Shown one piece after another: positions 61,377 through 64,000 of a stretch of DNA of 64,000 nt. The stretch comes from Lytechinus pictus (lineage: Eukaryota). How positions within the stretch are numbered: the first letter of the stretch is position 1; every line of letters starts with the position of its first letter. Location of the stretch: assembly GCF_037042905.1 (NCBI RefSeq), contig NC_087246.1, positions 64,046,001 to 64,110,000 on the forward strand. The letters are read 5' to 3'. The notes under the pieces were generated by a model. It ran no database searches, was not told the origin of the DNA, and saw nothing but the letters and a program-made list of their open reading frames with translations. The translations under genes were made by a program, and so were the position numbers.

Positions 61377-62090
61377 TTAAAGACTGTTCCCTTGCAGTCA
61401 AATTTTTGACAACATGCTCATTCATACCTAATGTCCCTGGAAGACATCATCTTGCAATTGATGATCGATCTTTAAAATGCAGAAAAATATAAGCGAGAGC
61501 TTTGTTAACAATTTTATCATTTTTTAAACAATAATATGCAGGCACCTTAATGAAACATAGTCTTTACTGAAAGCAATGAGAATGAGACTTTCATTTCAGT
61601 CTCGTCATGACCTATTTATCGGACAGTAAGGTGTTAAATTCACACACATCAATCAATGCAGATTCTCATTTTCTTGCTTCTAAGAAATGGATTATTACAA
61701 AATACCAAGGACATTTCCCATTCCTAGATTATTTCATTTCATTTCTATGAAATTTCACAGAAATATAGTCCTAGTGAACTGTTTGGTTAGTCTCGAGCAT
61801 TAAAAGGATTTGATATGGAGCAAGCTGTCAATCTAATCCGCATCTACCACGCTCAATTTCATCTTCAATTATGTTTGGCAATGATGATTATGATGGGTCT
61901 ACCAACCTGCCTGTCTGCTGATGAGCCAGCCAAACTCAACATTAACCATGGCATACAAATGATCTTCGAACAGGTTGCAGGGTCATAACCTTGTCAACTG
62001 GTACACTCTTTGATTTCAATGACTTAAAATAAATCTGGATTGGCTGTGAATAATAACATTGGATTTAGACTTAAATCTTGTGGATTTTAA

Positions 62091-62479
62091 AGGTAAAAGA
62101 AAGTAGTAGCGGTAAAAAATTATTTCATGAGAAAGTCTTTAACATCAATGTAAATTGCCACCATATTATCATAGATCTAGATCTGGTACATTGAAATAAA
62201 CTTATCTTTTAGAAATCATGAAATCTTAGCTGAGAACCGATAATTCTGGTGATCCCTAATACAAATAGGCATAAGTGGGACAGTGCATAAATATTGCTTG
62301 GAAAAATATACATTTTATGGAATTCTGTGCTTATTTTGCTCATTTCTCAGGAATTACATATTTTTTTCCAGAGCCATTTGTCACATATTTTTCATTTGTA
62401 CATACAAACACTTGGGTGGTCATTTTATTGGATTCTGTTTGAAGCATTTTGAGATCGTTAACACAACTGGTATTTATCT
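62091..62479. mobile_element. TTAA-flanked MITE
   Basis: ttaa|aggtaaa...tttatct|ttaa with an imperfect TIR. Confidence 0.55.
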
Positions 62480-62614
62480 TTAATTCAAACCGAATAGATT
62501 CCACTTTTTGGCTGGTCACTATTCAAAGCTGATGTGGGTTTCAAATTTAAATTCTTGACATTTAAGCATACTTAATATGAAAGGGGATGTCACCCCTGAC
62601 AAAAAGTTTGTCTA

Positions 62615-63213
62615 AGGACAAGTCCACCCCAACAAAAAGATGATTTGAATAAAAAGAGAAAAATCCAACAAGCATCACACTGAAAATTTCAGCAAAATTG
62701 GATGTAAAATAAGAAAGTTATGGCATTTTTAAATTTCACTTACTTTCACAAAACAGTTATATGCACATCCTGGTCAGTATGAAAAAGAGGAAACTGATGA
62801 CGTCATCCACTCACTATTTCTTTTGTATTTTATTATATGAAATATGAAATATTTTCATTTTCCCCTCATTGTCAAGTTAAACGATTATTAATTCCTCCCT
62901 AAACATGTGGAATTAGCATTGTTTAATACTATATATGGTTCAGTCAAGTTTGTCCTTATTGTCAAATCTGTAACAAATGAAATATTGTAAAATTCAAACA
63001 ATAAAAAACAAAAGAAATAGTGAGTATGGGACATCATCGACTGTCTCATTTGCATGTCACTGAAATGTGCATATTACTGTTTTTTGAAAAATAAGCAAAA
63101 CTTTGAAATATCATAACCTTATTTTACATTCGATTTTGATGAAATTTTCAGTGTTATGCTTATTTGATTTCTCTCTTTATTCAAATCAATGTTTTCTGGG
63201 GTGGACTTGACCT
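62615..63213. mobile_element. TTAA-type MITE, same family as 19704-20281
   Basis: aggacaagtccacccc...ggggtggacttgacct|ttaa. Confidence 0.85.
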
Positions 63214-64000
63214 TTAAAAAAACAGCAGAAACATAATCAAAAATATAAGTGAAGGTTTGATTATGAGGAAAATCCACAAAAGATTAAAAAAGTTATTACA
63301 AGTTAATTTTTTTATTTGTGATGTCATATGCGAGCAGCTTTCTATGTATTGTGAATTTAAAAAATCATTGAAATACCACTATCTCAAAAAATTGTAAATG
63401 GTTTTAATAGTAGACAAATTATTTCAAACCTGCTCCTGAAAGAAACAAAATATTGATAGTTATTATTTGAAAATTGCTGTTTAAATAAAAAAACAACAAC
63501 TTTGGTTGATTTTGTTTAAGCTCTTAAACAAAAATGATTAAGTTCATAAAGTAGGCCTAGGTCTAAAGGTGATAAAGCTAGTTTAAATCTATTGCTAAAT
63601 ATCCCTGGGATATAGCCACTCTCACAAACATCGTTTCATGTTTTCACTTATTAGAAATATACAATTTTTGACGTTGAGATCAAGTTTTTGAAAACCAAGT
63701 AAAAGTGTTTTACTTGGTTTACGATAATCTATTTCATTTTATCTGAAAATGAATAAAAATTAATGGAATAATCTTTAGATTTGCCAAAACCTAAAATTCT
63801 TTGAAACTTTGTTTATATAGTGATACATAACGTTTTTACTTGTAATGTTGCTTACAAATGTCATAAATATGAAGCGGTCATATTCAAGGGTTGATTACAT
63901 GTGTCCCTGCCACATGGCATCTCTGAACAAATCTAATTAATAATCACAAAACATCTAGGCAATAATAGATCTTCTTAATATCCCAAATCATCCATAATTT

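Overview
AT-rich, repeat-dense, intron-containing animal genomic DNA. The repeat types suggest a marine invertebrate, plausibly a sea urchin (inference only). There is one 182-nt N gap. Two spliced genes can be assembled by hand. (1) The 3' eight coding exons of a WDR89-like WD40 gene lie on the minus strand (22359 to 10178). Its upstream exons were not found in the window, so the rest of the window is probably one large WDR89 intron. (2) A 16-exon plus-strand gene (24534-53124, 2742 nt, 913 aa, all GT-AG introns, all phases compatible, no internal stop) encodes an acidic repeat region, two C2H2-type zinc fingers, a Ser/Pro linker and a complete tyrosine-recombinase catalytic domain (R, K, R, H, Y). 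It ends in a possible Myb/SANT-like tail. This gene sits inside a ~34.9-kb segment (about 24121-59048). The segment ends carry oppositely oriented arrays of an AGTRTGGGcC motif and imperfect 17-bp terminal inverted repeats, and are bounded by a 6-bp direct repeat (AGAGGG) that splits a GA-rich tract. The best reading is a giant, intron-rich, apparently intact Crypton-like (tyrosine-recombinase) DNA transposon nested antisense in a host intron. It contains a decayed but synonymously diverged second copy of its own catalytic exon, candidate truncating alternative last exons, and many nested LINE fragments and MITEs.
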